Assembly (NCBI GenBank): GCA_963714095.1
Contig: OY970230.1
Coordinates: 468,084 to 532,083 of the forward strand
Length of the DNA: 64,000 nt
Reading direction: 5' to 3'
DNA from: Candidatus Gottesmanbacteria bacterium
GTDB lineage: Bacteria > Patescibacteriota > Microgenomatia > UBA10105 > UBA927
Part shown: positions 20,467-30,350 of the stretch, piece by piece
Layout: each line of letters opens with the position of its first letter
Position numbering within the stretch: position 1 is the first letter of the stretch
Translations under genes and position numbers: made by a program
The notes under the pieces: generated by a model
Database searches by the model: none
What the model was told of the DNA's origin: nothing
What the model saw: the letters and a program-made list of their open reading frames with translations, nothing else

Positions 20467-21465
20467 TTAATTATCTAATTGCTGTTTTATATACGCGTGG
20501 ATATCATCCCAACTCGTATGCGGCACCAAGACATACAGGTTGTTATACAAATATGCAGGCGGATTATCTAACAGTTGGTCAAAGGCTATTTTTCTAATCT
20601 GATCCTGAGAAACCGATGCAAAACGTTTCCCTACGGTCAAGGCTTCGGCAATATTCAAATCCGAGTTCGTCGCATCGTCCAATAATTTTGGCAAGGCCCT
20701 TAAACGTGAAAATGTTATCCACGATGATGGATGCATCAGTCTATCTTTGAGAGCAACCAAAATAATCTGCTGCCGGCGGCTCCTGGCAAAATCGCTCCCC
20801 TCAGCCCCCTCCGCGTGGCGGCTCCTGGCATAAATGAGCGCACGGTCCCCGTCCATATGCTGTAATCCCGCATCAAAATGCACCGTCTCATAGACGCACG
20901 CATTCGTAGGATCGCCCGGGCAACTACTGTGCTCCATACCCGGTATTGGATACTGTGTATCGGTAAACGATACCGGCACGGTCACGTCGATACCTCCCAC
21001 TGCGTCAATAACCTTCGTAAACCCGGAAAAATCGACAACCACTGCATAGTGAATGGGGATTCCGATCACATCTTCAGTAATAACTTGCGCAAGAAGCAAC
21101 CCGCTTCCTTTTTTCTTCAGTTCCCCGTAATGGTATGCGCTATTTATTTTATCCTTCAGCGTATCGCTCCAGATATCACGGGGAATGGAAATAAGCGCTA
21201 CCGTTTTTTTCATGTTATCCAATGACAGCACTATCATCGTGTCGGTTAAATCAACTCCCTCGTGGTTGCCTCCGCCAATACCCAGAATGAGGATGTTTGT
21301 GCGGTTATCTGAAGACTGCAGCACGGCCCCGTCATCGAATGCCAGCCGACCAATAAGTGCCGGGGTGATCCCGGTCTGGAGAATAAAGCGCGTAGTCCAG
21401 ATAACCGTTTTTGCCGCCAAAAAAAGAAAAAAGATAAATACCGCGAATGCAATAATTTTTTTCAT
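20467..21465 (-). CDS. LytR-CpsA-Psr (LCP) family glycopolymer transferase
   Basis: NILILG, TDTMIV, ISIPRD, KINSAY, VDFSGF, ARSRH, SDFARSRRQQ. Confidence 0.92.
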   Translation of the reverse strand: MKKIIAFAVFIFFLFLAAKTVIWTTRFILQTGITPALIGRLAFDDGAVLQSSDNRTNILILGIGGGNHEGVDLTDTMIVLSLDNMKKTVALISIPRDIWSDTLKDKINSAYHYGELKKKGSGLLLAQVITEDVIGIPIHYAVVVDFSGFTKVIDAVGGIDVTVPVSFTDTQYPIPGMEHSSCPGDPTNACVYETVHFDAGLQHMDGDRALIYARSRHAEGAEGSDFARSRRQQIILVALKDRLMHPSSWITFSRLRALPKLLDDATNSDLNIAEALTVGKRFASVSQDQIRKIAFDQLLDNPPAYLYNNLYVLVPHTSWDDIHAYIKQQLDN

Positions 21466-22127
21466 CTGGCATTTGTTATGAGTTCAGCAAATTTCTCAGG
21501 ATCCAAACTTGACCCCCCCGGAAGAACTCCGTCTATTGCCGGCTGAGCCACAAAAGAAGCAACGTTCACATCTGTAACACTTCCGCCGTAAATTACTGTG
21601 GGAACCTGAAATTTTTCTTTGATATCCGTAATAACCGAATTGGCATTCCCGGGTGTATCAGACTCACCCGTACCGATTGCCCAAACCGGCTCATAGGCCG
21701 CAACTGTGATATGCGCAGGTATTGATGTTGAATTGTCAGGAACACAATAAATAATCTTCAAGCCGGCGAGGTGTGCCTGTTCGACTTTTTTCTGCAACAC
21801 GTCATCCGTCTCATGGAAATTTTTCCTGCGTTCCGAGTGTCCGATAATTACCCAGTCGGCTAACTCTTTAACCATCCTGGCGCTTTCCTCTCCGGTTTCC
21901 GCCCCGTCCGGAAACGGCGATACATTCTGTGCCCCCAAAAGAAGCGGCAACGCATGCTCCTTTATTTCTTCTTTCACCGTATACAGTAATGTAAAGGGTA
22001 CGCAGAGTACAACAGTAATATATGAAGGAACTGAGGCGATACGATCTTTAAAATCCTGAAGCCACCGCATTGCCTCTGCCGTCGTCTTATTACTCTTCCA
22101 ATTCCCGGCAATCACCAGTGGCTTCAT
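21462..22127 (-). CDS. tpiA: Triosephosphate isomerase
   Basis: AGNWK, GHSERR, AYEPVWAIGTG, YGGSV. Confidence 0.96.
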   Translation of the reverse strand: MKPLVIAGNWKSNKTTAEAMRWLQDFKDRIASVPSYITVVLCVPFTLLYTVKEEIKEHALPLLLGAQNVSPFPDGAETGEESARMVKELADWVIIGHSERRKNFHETDDVLQKKVEQAHLAGLKIIYCVPDNSTSIPAHITVAAYEPVWAIGTGESDTPGNANSVITDIKEKFQVPTVIYGGSVTDVNVASFVAQPAIDGVLPGGSSLDPEKFAELITNAR

Positions 22128-22145
22128 ATGGTACTATTATACGGT

Positions 22146-23990
22146 ATGAGTGACGCGCTCCTCAATGATTTAAATTCCGACCAACAGGCAGCGGTTGTTC
22201 ATACGGACGGACCGGTCCTCATACTTGCCGGAGCCGGATCTGGAAAAACCAGGGTACTTACGTACCGCGTCGCGTATCTCATCAAAGAAAAACATATCTC
22301 TCCGTATAACATCCTCATGCTGACGTTCACCAATAAGGCTGCCAACGAGATGAAAGAACGTATAAAAAAATTACTGGGATCTTCTTCTTTGCCTTTCGCC
22401 GGAACATTTCACTCGCTGGCCGTCAGAATTCTCCGCATTGATGGCAAACATATCGGTATTCCTGACGATTTCGTCATTTACGACGAACAGGATCAACTGG
22501 ATGCGATAAAAGATATTATGAAGCGGCTTGATATTTCATCAAAAAACTTTAACCCAGGAGCTGTTCTTCATACAATCTCCGAAGCGAAAAATGAACTCAT
22601 TTCGGCCATTGAATATCCACAGTATACCAAGGGATATTTCCAGGAAACAGTCGCGACGGTTTATATTGAGTATCAAAAAATGCTTTCTGAAAACCACGCA
22701 TTAGATTTTGATGATTTACTTTCCAAAACCGTAGAATTATTTCTGAAGCGAAAAGAAATACTGGGAACATATCAGGAAAAGTATCAATACATTCTTGTTG
22801 ATGAATACCAGGATACCAATAAAGCGCAGTACATCATGAGTAAGCTTCTTTCCGCCCGATACCGGAATATCTGTGTTGTGGGAGACGCTTCCCAGAGCAT
22901 TTACCGGTGGCGCGGCGCAGACTTCCGCAATATCATTAACTTCAAACGTGATTTTCCGGACGTTGCTGAATTTCACCTGGAACAAAACTACCGTTCAACC
23001 CAAACTATACTGGATGCGGCATTCGGCGTCATTTCCAAAAATACCTCTCACCCTATCCTTAAGCTTTGGACAGACACGAAGGGTGGCGATAAGATTACGC
23101 TGTATGAAGCACGCACTGAGCATGACGAGGCGGCTTTTTTGGTCCAGACAATATTGCAGGCAAACCGGCCATTTAAGGATTTTGCTGTATTGTACCGAAC
23201 CAACGCCCAGTCACGGGTATTAGAGGAAGCGTTTTTACACGCAGGCATTCCCTATGTACTTGTCGGTGGCACGCGGTTTTATGAACGAAGGGAAATCAAA
23301 GACGTACTTGCATACCTCCGGCTTATTGCCAACCCGAAAGACACCGTCTCTTATCGCCGAATTGAAAAGTTAGGTAAAGGACGCATGGAAAAGTTTCTCA
23401 AATATGCCGAAACTATTGCTAAAGATGTAAAACTCGTATCGTTTACCACACTTGAACTCATGGACGGGGTGCTTGCAGCAACCAACTATCTGGAGTTATA
23501 CGATGCCAACGTTGAAGAAGAAGCGTACCGTTTGGAAAACATTAAAGAGCTGCGGTCCGTCGCAACCGAGTTTCCGCGCCTAACAGAATTTTTAGAAACA
23601 GTTGCATTAGTTGAACAGGAATACGAACCGGAAACGCTGAGGAAACGCGAGGCAAACCGCGACGCGGTCACACTCATGACGTTACATGCCGCAAAAGGAT
23701 TGGAGTTCCCGATCGTATTTATGATCGGTATGGAAGAAGGACTATTCCCTCATTCCCGGAGTCTCAATGATCGCGAGGAGATTGAAGAAGAACGGCGGCT
23801 CTGTTATGTGGGCATTACCAGGGCAAAGGAAAAAGTATATCTGACCTTCGCCAACCGCAGGCTCTTTTTCGGCACCAGAACACAAAATATGGTTTCACGG
23901 TTTGTGGCTGATTTACCGGAGCACGTACTTGAATATAATGTTTCATTAAATAGCAGCCGTGGATTCAATGAAGACGACATGCTCTTATAA
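22146..23990 (+). CDS. pcrA: ATP-dependent DNA helicase PcrA/UvrD
   Basis: AGAGSGKTRVLT, DEYQDTN, QSIYRWRGA, EQNYRST, TLHAAKGLEF, EERRLCYVGITRA. Confidence 0.95.
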   Translation: MSDALLNDLNSDQQAAVVHTDGPVLILAGAGSGKTRVLTYRVAYLIKEKHISPYNILMLTFTNKAANEMKERIKKLLGSSSLPFAGTFHSLAVRILRIDGKHIGIPDDFVIYDEQDQLDAIKDIMKRLDISSKNFNPGAVLHTISEAKNELISAIEYPQYTKGYFQETVATVYIEYQKMLSENHALDFDDLLSKTVELFLKRKEILGTYQEKYQYILVDEYQDTNKAQYIMSKLLSARYRNICVVGDASQSIYRWRGADFRNIINFKRDFPDVAEFHLEQNYRSTQTILDAAFGVISKNTSHPILKLWTDTKGGDKITLYEARTEHDEAAFLVQTILQANRPFKDFAVLYRTNAQSRVLEEAFLHAGIPYVLVGGTRFYERREIKDVLAYLRLIANPKDTVSYRRIEKLGKGRMEKFLKYAETIAKDVKLVSFTTLELMDGVLAATNYLELYDANVEEEAYRLENIKELRSVATEFPRLTEFLETVALVEQEYEPETLRKREANRDAVTLMTLHAAKGLEFPIVFMIGMEEGLFPHSRSLNDREEIEEERRLCYVGITRAKEKVYLTFANRRLFFGTRTQNMVSRFVADLPEHVLEYNVSLNSSRGFNEDDMLL

Positions 23991-24016
23991 CAAATGGCCA
24001 GGTGTATAATAGCCTC

Positions 24017-24913
24017 ATGACACACCCGTTACAGACGCCTGCCTGGGGAGATTTCCGGAAAGCCATGGGAATAGACGTCGTCCGTCTCAACGATTGGCAA
24101 CTGACGTTTCATAAAATCCCGTATACCCCATGGACCATCGGCTACCTCCCGAAAGGCCCTGCGCCGACAAAAAAAATGATTGATGAATTATTGAAATTAG
24201 GACGGAAAAAACGCGCCATTTTTATCCAACTCGAGCCAAACACAACGGAAAAAGTACATTTGAAACCCTCACATCACCCGTTATTTACAAAATACACATT
24301 TATTCTGGATCTGACAAAATCCGAAGACGAACTTTTAGCGAGGATGCACCCGAAAACACGCTACAACATAAAGGTTGCACAAAAACACAATGTGATCGTG
24401 AAAGAAGATAACTCCCCTGCCGCAATGAAGGAATATCTCCGCCTCACCCAAGAGACAACATCCCGCCAGGGATTCTATGCACATAACAAAAAGTATCACG
24501 AAATCATGTGGAAGATTATGCACGATGCCGGAATTGCGCATTTGTTTACCGCGTCCTATGAAGGCGAGGTACTCTCTGCATGGATTGTTTTTATTTTGGG
24601 CGACACGGTCTATTATCCGTACGGATCGTCAAGTAGAAACCACCGCGAGGTTATGGCACCGACGTTACTCCTATGGGAAATCACCAAGTGGGCAAAACAA
24701 AAAGGTCTCAAACACTTTGATCTTTGGGGTGCAATGGGACCAAATCCCAATCCGAATGACCCATGGTACGGATTCCACCGCTTCAAACAGGGATTCAACC
24801 CACTCCTTGTGGCATTCGCCGGATCATTTGATCTCGTCATCAAACCACACCTGTATTCACTCTATACACTTGCGGATACTCTCCGGTGGAAATTCCTGAA
24901 ACTCAGACAGTAA
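24017..24913 (+). CDS. FemABX-family peptidoglycan cross-bridge aminoacyltransferase
   Basis: HPLQTPAWG, KTRYNIKVAQK, YYPYGSS, FDLWG, GFHRFKQGF. Confidence 0.9.
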   Translation: MTHPLQTPAWGDFRKAMGIDVVRLNDWQLTFHKIPYTPWTIGYLPKGPAPTKKMIDELLKLGRKKRAIFIQLEPNTTEKVHLKPSHHPLFTKYTFILDLTKSEDELLARMHPKTRYNIKVAQKHNVIVKEDNSPAAMKEYLRLTQETTSRQGFYAHNKKYHEIMWKIMHDAGIAHLFTASYEGEVLSAWIVFILGDTVYYPYGSSSRNHREVMAPTLLLWEITKWAKQKGLKHFDLWGAMGPNPNPNDPWYGFHRFKQGFNPLLVAFAGSFDLVIKPHLYSLYTLADTLRWKFLKLRQ

Positions 24914-24918
24914 ACCCA

Positions 24919-25743
24919 ATGGAACTCCAACAATCACCGCTCTACGGCAAGTACATTCACTCCCTCGGATGGACTATTATCCGTGTCGGAAACGTGCAAA
25001 TGTTTTATAAACATATTCCGCTGGCAGGCGGGTTATTAAAAATCCAGCGGCCGCTGCAGTTGCCACCCGTCAGACAATTAATCCCGATTCTAAAAGAATA
25101 TCACGTCAGGACAGTTGCAATAGAACCCCATCCTAAAGAAAATGTCGCCGCGTATAAACGTTGGTGTACACAAATTGCCAGACGCTGCAGGGTCCTCCGC
25201 TCTTCTTACCAGCCGACCAAGACAATTCTTATTGACGTCACCTCACCGGAAAATGAAATTTTTTCCCGGTTTACTGACTCAAAACGAAGAGCCGTACGCA
25301 AAGCCGTAAAAAACGGCATCATTGTGGAAGAATCCGGCGATATTAAAAATCTTATTACGATAAAAAATAAATCAGGAGGCGTGTTCGGATTTATTACCAC
25401 ATTCGGCATAGACAGATTCTGGCCTGTCATGGCACCCGATCATGCAACAGTACTTTTAGCATATACCGACACTCACAAACTTGTCGGCGGAATTTTACTC
25501 ATTTTCTGGAAAAAAACCGCCTATTACTGGATTGCCGGTGCAACACAAAAAGGAAAGAAAATGTTTGCTCCAACACTTCTCGTGTGGGAAGCGTTGAAGG
25601 TTGCAAAAAAACACGGAATGGGACAATTTGATTTTGTCGGCGTATGGGATGAACGAAAACCAAACGAGCACCATGACTGGCTCGGATTTACCAAATTCAA
25701 AGAGGGCTTCGGAGGAAAAACGTTTTATTATCCGCTTTATTAA
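24919..25743 (+). CDS. Second FemABX-family aminoacyltransferase
   Basis: LQQSP, KRRAVRKAVKNG, FDFVG, GFTKFKEGFGG. Confidence 0.85.
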   Translation: MELQQSPLYGKYIHSLGWTIIRVGNVQMFYKHIPLAGGLLKIQRPLQLPPVRQLIPILKEYHVRTVAIEPHPKENVAAYKRWCTQIARRCRVLRSSYQPTKTILIDVTSPENEIFSRFTDSKRRAVRKAVKNGIIVEESGDIKNLITIKNKSGGVFGFITTFGIDRFWPVMAPDHATVLLAYTDTHKLVGGILLIFWKKTAYYWIAGATQKGKKMFAPTLLVWEALKVAKKHGMGQFDFVGVWDERKPNEHHDWLGFTKFKEGFGGKTFYYPLY

Positions 25744-28556
25744 GACCACGCCTCACAGATCATGCGAAACTCGCAGAAGTCGCAGAATTTACCGGGTGTT
25801 GCGCGGAAATCACTCCGGGAAATTTCCTCGGCCCGTTTGGCGATTTCTTCCCTGGCCGCCACAAGCTGCTCCTTTGTCCGGGTTCCTGATACTTTTGTCT
25901 GATCTTCAAAGAAATAAAACGAAACGATGACGTTTTCCTCATGAGCTGCCATTGCGTATACCGTTAGCTGCAAATCTTTCCTCGGGTCCCTGGTTTTTGG
26001 CGCAGTCCCGGTTTTATAATCAATAATTTCCATTGTCCCATCTTTCAATTTATCAATCCTGTCGATTTTTCCGCCGAGGGTAAGCGTTGGGGTAATTTTA
26101 ATTTTAAACGGCTCCTCCAAACCCGTCGGGATAACTTGAGGATCAAATCCTTTTGCATAAAACCCGGCAAGCAGATCCCGACCATGCCGTTTCATTTTCT
26201 CCTCATATTTTTTATCCCCGTATCCCAAGTGCGACCAGTGGTCATCCAGGAAACGCAGTAAATCCTGTTTCGTCGGGTGAGCGCCGCTTTTTACCAATTC
26301 ATAAAATGCGCGTATTGTTTTATGCATCGTATCGCCGAACGACAAAGCCGCCGAGGGCGGAACCGGAATTTTAAGCATATAGCGGTAACGGTATTGCAAC
26401 GGACAGGTCATAAACGTATCGAGTTGCGAATAGGAAAGATACGTCACCGGTTGGCGGACAGGCTTTGCCTCAGGCTCTTCTGTTTTTTCCCAATGAAGAA
26501 GAGGCAACTGTTTTGAATCCTGACTTACAGATTGCAATTCTTTTTTTCCTATTGCTTCAAAAATAAACGGAGATAATTTTTTCTCCCTCTTCGCATCTCC
26601 GTAATATTTTGCGCCGGTGAAATACAGCTCGTCGCGTGCGCGCGTCATACCGACATAAAAAAGCCGGCGCTCTTCTTCCTCATGATAATCGCCGGTCGGA
26701 AGTAATTCTTTTACAAGCGCATCAGGGATGGGAATCTGTTCACGCCTCTCGGTCGTCGGAAACCGGGCATTTACCAAATTCACTAAAAACACAACGTTAA
26801 ATTCCAGACCCTTTGCCGAATGAACGGTTAAAATATTCACTGCGTTATTTTCGCTCCAGTCAATATCCGCGGCCAAAGGTGATTCTCCGAGCGTCATGGA
26901 CAGGTCTATCCAATCAATAACGGTAAACACACTCGCATCCTCATGTTCAACTTCATACGTTTTTAGTTTATTAAAAAATTTCGCTATATTTTCAGCAATT
27001 TTTTCATCTTTACTACTTTTGACTGTCGCCAGTTTCTTCAAAAGTCCCGTTCCCTCCAAAAAATAATACAAAATCTGCCCTGCTGTTTCTTTTTTGATAA
27101 GTCCCAGGTGTTTATGGATCATCGTAACTAACTTTTTAACATTCTCCGACTCCGATTTTTCACAGGCTTCAAATATCGACATTCCGTATTTTCTTGAATA
27201 ATTGATAAGAGCCGCGATATCCCGTGGGGCAATCGCGACCCAGTCCATTGTCAGCACGCGGTACATCGCCACGTTATCTTCAAAGTTATAAAGAATTTTG
27301 AGATATGCAATAAGATCTTTGACTTCTGGCTGTCTGAACAGTTGTCCGGGCCCTAAAAATTGATACGGGATGCCAAATCGCGATAGCGACCGGACAAACG
27401 GTTCGGCGTGATTGTTGGCCCGCACCAGAATGGCAAAATCTGAATAGGCATAGCCCGAAATCTTCGTAGTTATTTCCTTAATTTTTTTGGCGACGAGATC
27501 CGCTTCGTGTTCAACGCGCTCGGCATACAATACCCCAACGGGAATGCCGTTCATCCTTCGCATGCTCTCCAATTTTTTATCGATTCGCTCCGCGACTTCC
27601 AACCTATCCGGATTATTCTTTTGTATTAAATCGTACGACCGATCAAGAATTTCTTTTGTTGAACGGTAGTTTTTTGTGAGAACAACAATTTTAGCTTTCG
27701 GGAATGTTTTCCGGAACTGAATAATGTTTGCAATTGCCGCCCCGCGCCAGCGGTAAATCGCCTGATCGTCATCCCCTACGACGGCAATATTTTTCTTTTT
27801 CCCGGCCAAAAGTATTGCCAATTCATTCTGTGCAAAATTCGTATCCTGAAATTCATCGATAAGAATATATTTGAATTGCTGCTGATATTTCCTAAGTATT
27901 GCCGGCCTCTCCCGGAATATTTTCAGCGTCCAGCTTATCAAATCCGCATAATCCGCTACCCCATCTTTTACTTTTAGCTCTTCGTACAGTCGAAACGCGG
28001 TTGCCAATTCTCTATATTTATCCTTATCTTCGTCTTTAGTTTTAATGGCCCATTTGCCATATTGTTGCGGCGAGATATCTTCGTCTTTCAGTCGCGAGAA
28101 ATGCCCAATCATGCCGCTTATAAATTTTGACGGATTCCCCAGCGGCCTGAAATAGTTCAAATCAAATTTGAAAATATTCTTACGGAAAAACATAATCGTT
28201 TCCGCTTCGGTCATTAACTTATACCCAGGGTCTATCCCTATATTAATCGCCTCTCCACGCAGCACCCTATCGCAGAAGGCATGGAACGTAGAAATCCACA
28301 TCTGTGTGACGCCATAGGGGAGTGCAATATCGACACGGGTCTCCATCTCACGGCTTGCTTTTTCGGTAAATGTGAGAGCGAGTATTTCCTGGGGTTTCGC
28401 TTTTCCTGATGTGATTAAATATTTGATGCGCTCTGTGACAACTGTCGTTTTTCCCGTCCCCGCTCCGGCAATAATAAGAAGCGGCCCTTCCCCAAACCTC
28501 ACCGCCGCCTTCTGCTCTTTATTGAGTTGTGTCTCTTCAACTGGAATCTTCGCCAT
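25740..28556 (-). CDS. UvrD-family helicase fused to C-terminal PD-(D/E)XK nuclease
   Basis: AGAGTGKT, DEFQDTN, TVHSAKGLEF; C-terminal LSYSQL...CPLQY, GKIDRID, IIDYKTG, QLTVY, CDFCEFRMIC. Confidence 0.9.
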   Translation of the reverse strand: MAKIPVEETQLNKEQKAAVRFGEGPLLIIAGAGTGKTTVVTERIKYLITSGKAKPQEILALTFTEKASREMETRVDIALPYGVTQMWISTFHAFCDRVLRGEAINIGIDPGYKLMTEAETIMFFRKNIFKFDLNYFRPLGNPSKFISGMIGHFSRLKDEDISPQQYGKWAIKTKDEDKDKYRELATAFRLYEELKVKDGVADYADLISWTLKIFRERPAILRKYQQQFKYILIDEFQDTNFAQNELAILLAGKKKNIAVVGDDDQAIYRWRGAAIANIIQFRKTFPKAKIVVLTKNYRSTKEILDRSYDLIQKNNPDRLEVAERIDKKLESMRRMNGIPVGVLYAERVEHEADLVAKKIKEITTKISGYAYSDFAILVRANNHAEPFVRSLSRFGIPYQFLGPGQLFRQPEVKDLIAYLKILYNFEDNVAMYRVLTMDWVAIAPRDIAALINYSRKYGMSIFEACEKSESENVKKLVTMIHKHLGLIKKETAGQILYYFLEGTGLLKKLATVKSSKDEKIAENIAKFFNKLKTYEVEHEDASVFTVIDWIDLSMTLGESPLAADIDWSENNAVNILTVHSAKGLEFNVVFLVNLVNARFPTTERREQIPIPDALVKELLPTGDYHEEEERRLFYVGMTRARDELYFTGAKYYGDAKREKKLSPFIFEAIGKKELQSVSQDSKQLPLLHWEKTEEPEAKPVRQPVTYLSYSQLDTFMTCPLQYRYRYMLKIPVPPSAALSFGDTMHKTIRAFYELVKSGAHPTKQDLLRFLDDHWSHLGYGDKKYEEKMKRHGRDLLAGFYAKGFDPQVIPTGLEEPFKIKITPTLTLGGKIDRIDKLKDGTMEIIDYKTGTAPKTRDPRKDLQLTVYAMAAHEENVIVSFYFFEDQTKVSGTRTKEQLVAAREEIAKRAEEISRSDFRATPGKFCDFCEFRMICEAWS

Positions 28557-28576
28557 GTGGGGCAATTATAATCTAT

Positions 28577-29113
28577 TTATTTAATAAGTTTCAGCAATAA
28601 TGGGAATTCACGGTATCCGTCTCTGGCCATAAAATGACCAGCATTTTCAACGGTAATAAACTTAGCATTTAATTTTCTTGCTAATCCTTTCGATCGTTCA
28701 AAATCTATCCAAGGATCTGTTGTGGAATTAACTATTGTTATAGGGATGTGTTTACTTTTAATCGCTTCATAGTTAAATCCATTTTTGAAAAAAGTTTGAT
28801 GAAATTTTTTGACATCCTCCATTAACCAATCCCATGCGGCAACTAATAAAACGCTTTTAACTTTCACTTCTGGGCGTTCCAAATATTTCATTATCAATGA
28901 ATTTGATAATGAATGACCTATTAAAACGGTATTTTCATCCGGCGAAAGCGACACCAGTGTTTCCATCCATTCGTTTAACTTTGGTTCCTTCGTGTTTGGC
29001 ATTTCCGGAACATCAACTCTATACCCAATTTTTTCCAATTGTTTTTTTAACCAAGGAAGCCACTGTCCATTTGGAGTTTCTTCCCACGCATGAATGACAA
29101 TTGCTCTTTTCAT
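28577..29113 (-). CDS. RBBP9/YdeN-family alpha/beta hydrolase
   Basis: WLPWL, GHSLS nucleophile elbow, STTDPW, AGHF. Confidence 0.85.
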   Translation of the reverse strand: MKRAIVIHAWEETPNGQWLPWLKKQLEKIGYRVDVPEMPNTKEPKLNEWMETLVSLSPDENTVLIGHSLSNSLIMKYLERPEVKVKSVLLVAAWDWLMEDVKKFHQTFFKNGFNYEAIKSKHIPITIVNSTTDPWIDFERSKGLARKLNAKFITVENAGHFMARDGYREFPLLLKLIK

Positions 29114-29114
29114 A

Positions 29115-29996
29115 TTATCCCTCCAATTCTTTTTCTTCTTTACCCGTAAAACTTTGTGTTTTGGAAAGTTTCTGACCCAGGACGTCGAACGAGCCGGAAA
29201 CGCTGCTCATGGTGTTATAGGCATTCCCGATGTGGCGACCTAAGACTCCGAGCTGTTCGCCGGTTTTTTCATAATCTTTTTGTATCGCGCGAAGAAGCCT
29301 AAATACTTCCCGTGATTTTTGCTCCAACTCTTTCCCCTGGAAACTCAGCAGTAATACCTGAAGGTGCGCATACAACGTATTCGGTGAAACAGGATACACA
29401 CGATTATTTCGCGCAAAGGTCATGAGCTCCTCAATTGTTGCGATTTCATAGTATACGGATTCCGACGGAATATACATGAGGGCAAAATCCATGGTTCCTT
29501 CTTCCGGCAGAATATACTTGCGGCTTATATCCGTTATGTGTTTTTTCACGTCAGAAACAAAATCCCGTTTTGCAGCAATACGGATTGCTTCTGTTTCTCC
29601 TCGGTGCATCAGGGTAAAATTTTCCATCGGAAATTTGGAATCAATACACAGCAAACCCGCATCAGTCTTTAGTACCGCATCAACTTTCACGCCGGACTTA
29701 AATGAATACTGCAAATGAAATGAGTTTTTTGGGAACGTCTGCCCGATCATGTCCTTTAATACCTGCTCGCCGATATTACCGCGGAGTTTCGGCGACTGCA
29801 AAAATTCCTGAAGCGACCTGATCCCGCGACCAAGTTCGGATATTTCACCAATCTGACGGTTTAAATCATTTAACCGTTTCGAAACATCCGCCGTAGATCC
29901 CTGCACAGTCGCTTGCATGGATTGAAGCCACTGCACCAGTACCCAAACGACGATACCCAACCCAACCGCAATACCGATTCCGAAAACGATTTCCAT
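29115..29996 (-). CDS. rmuC: DNA recombination protein RmuC
   Basis: N-terminal TM, KLRGNIGE, IDSKFP, KHITDISRKYI, FALMYIPSESVY. Confidence 0.9.
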   Translation of the reverse strand: MEIVFGIGIAVGLGIVVWVLVQWLQSMQATVQGSTADVSKRLNDLNRQIGEISELGRGIRSLQEFLQSPKLRGNIGEQVLKDMIGQTFPKNSFHLQYSFKSGVKVDAVLKTDAGLLCIDSKFPMENFTLMHRGETEAIRIAAKRDFVSDVKKHITDISRKYILPEEGTMDFALMYIPSESVYYEIATIEELMTFARNNRVYPVSPNTLYAHLQVLLLSFQGKELEQKSREVFRLLRAIQKDYEKTGEQLGVLGRHIGNAYNTMSSVSGSFDVLGQKLSKTQSFTGKEEKELEG

Positions 29997-30032
29997 GCAG
30001 AAACACAATACCACAATTGGTATACTTATGTC

Positions 30033-30341
30033 ATGGACCGGCCAAAGAGGAATATATTGTGGCTAATTTTGGGAATTTGCGGACTAAGCCTATTAGGCTG
30101 GTTTATCAACACATACCAGCCGGAAAATATCTTTCTGCTCGTCCTCTTTTTTCTCATTATCGCTGGAACGGTATTTTTCTCTTCCCTCTTCCTCTTCAAA
30201 ATTGTGCGACGTGCTATCCTTGTAACGCTTGGCGTTATCGTGTGGCTCACGCTTCGCATGTTCGGGCTTCGGGATTTATGGTATCCGCTCCTCCTCATCC
30301 CATGCCTCATTTCCCTTGAGATACTCTTCAATAAACGATAG
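30033..30341 (+). CDS. Small multi-TM hypothetical protein
   Basis: Hydrophobic ORF from MDRPKRN, preceded by TGGTATACT. Confidence 0.65.
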   Translation: MDRPKRNILWLILGICGLSLLGWFINTYQPENIFLLVLFFLIIAGTVFFSSLFLFKIVRRAILVTLGVIVWLTLRMFGLRDLWYPLLLIPCLISLEILFNKR

Positions 30342-30350
30342 AATCAGCTC

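Noticed and set aside
25740-26450. Cas4-like nuclease as evidence of CRISPR or defence
   Set aside because: It is the C-terminal domain of a UvrD fusion, consistent with DNA repair
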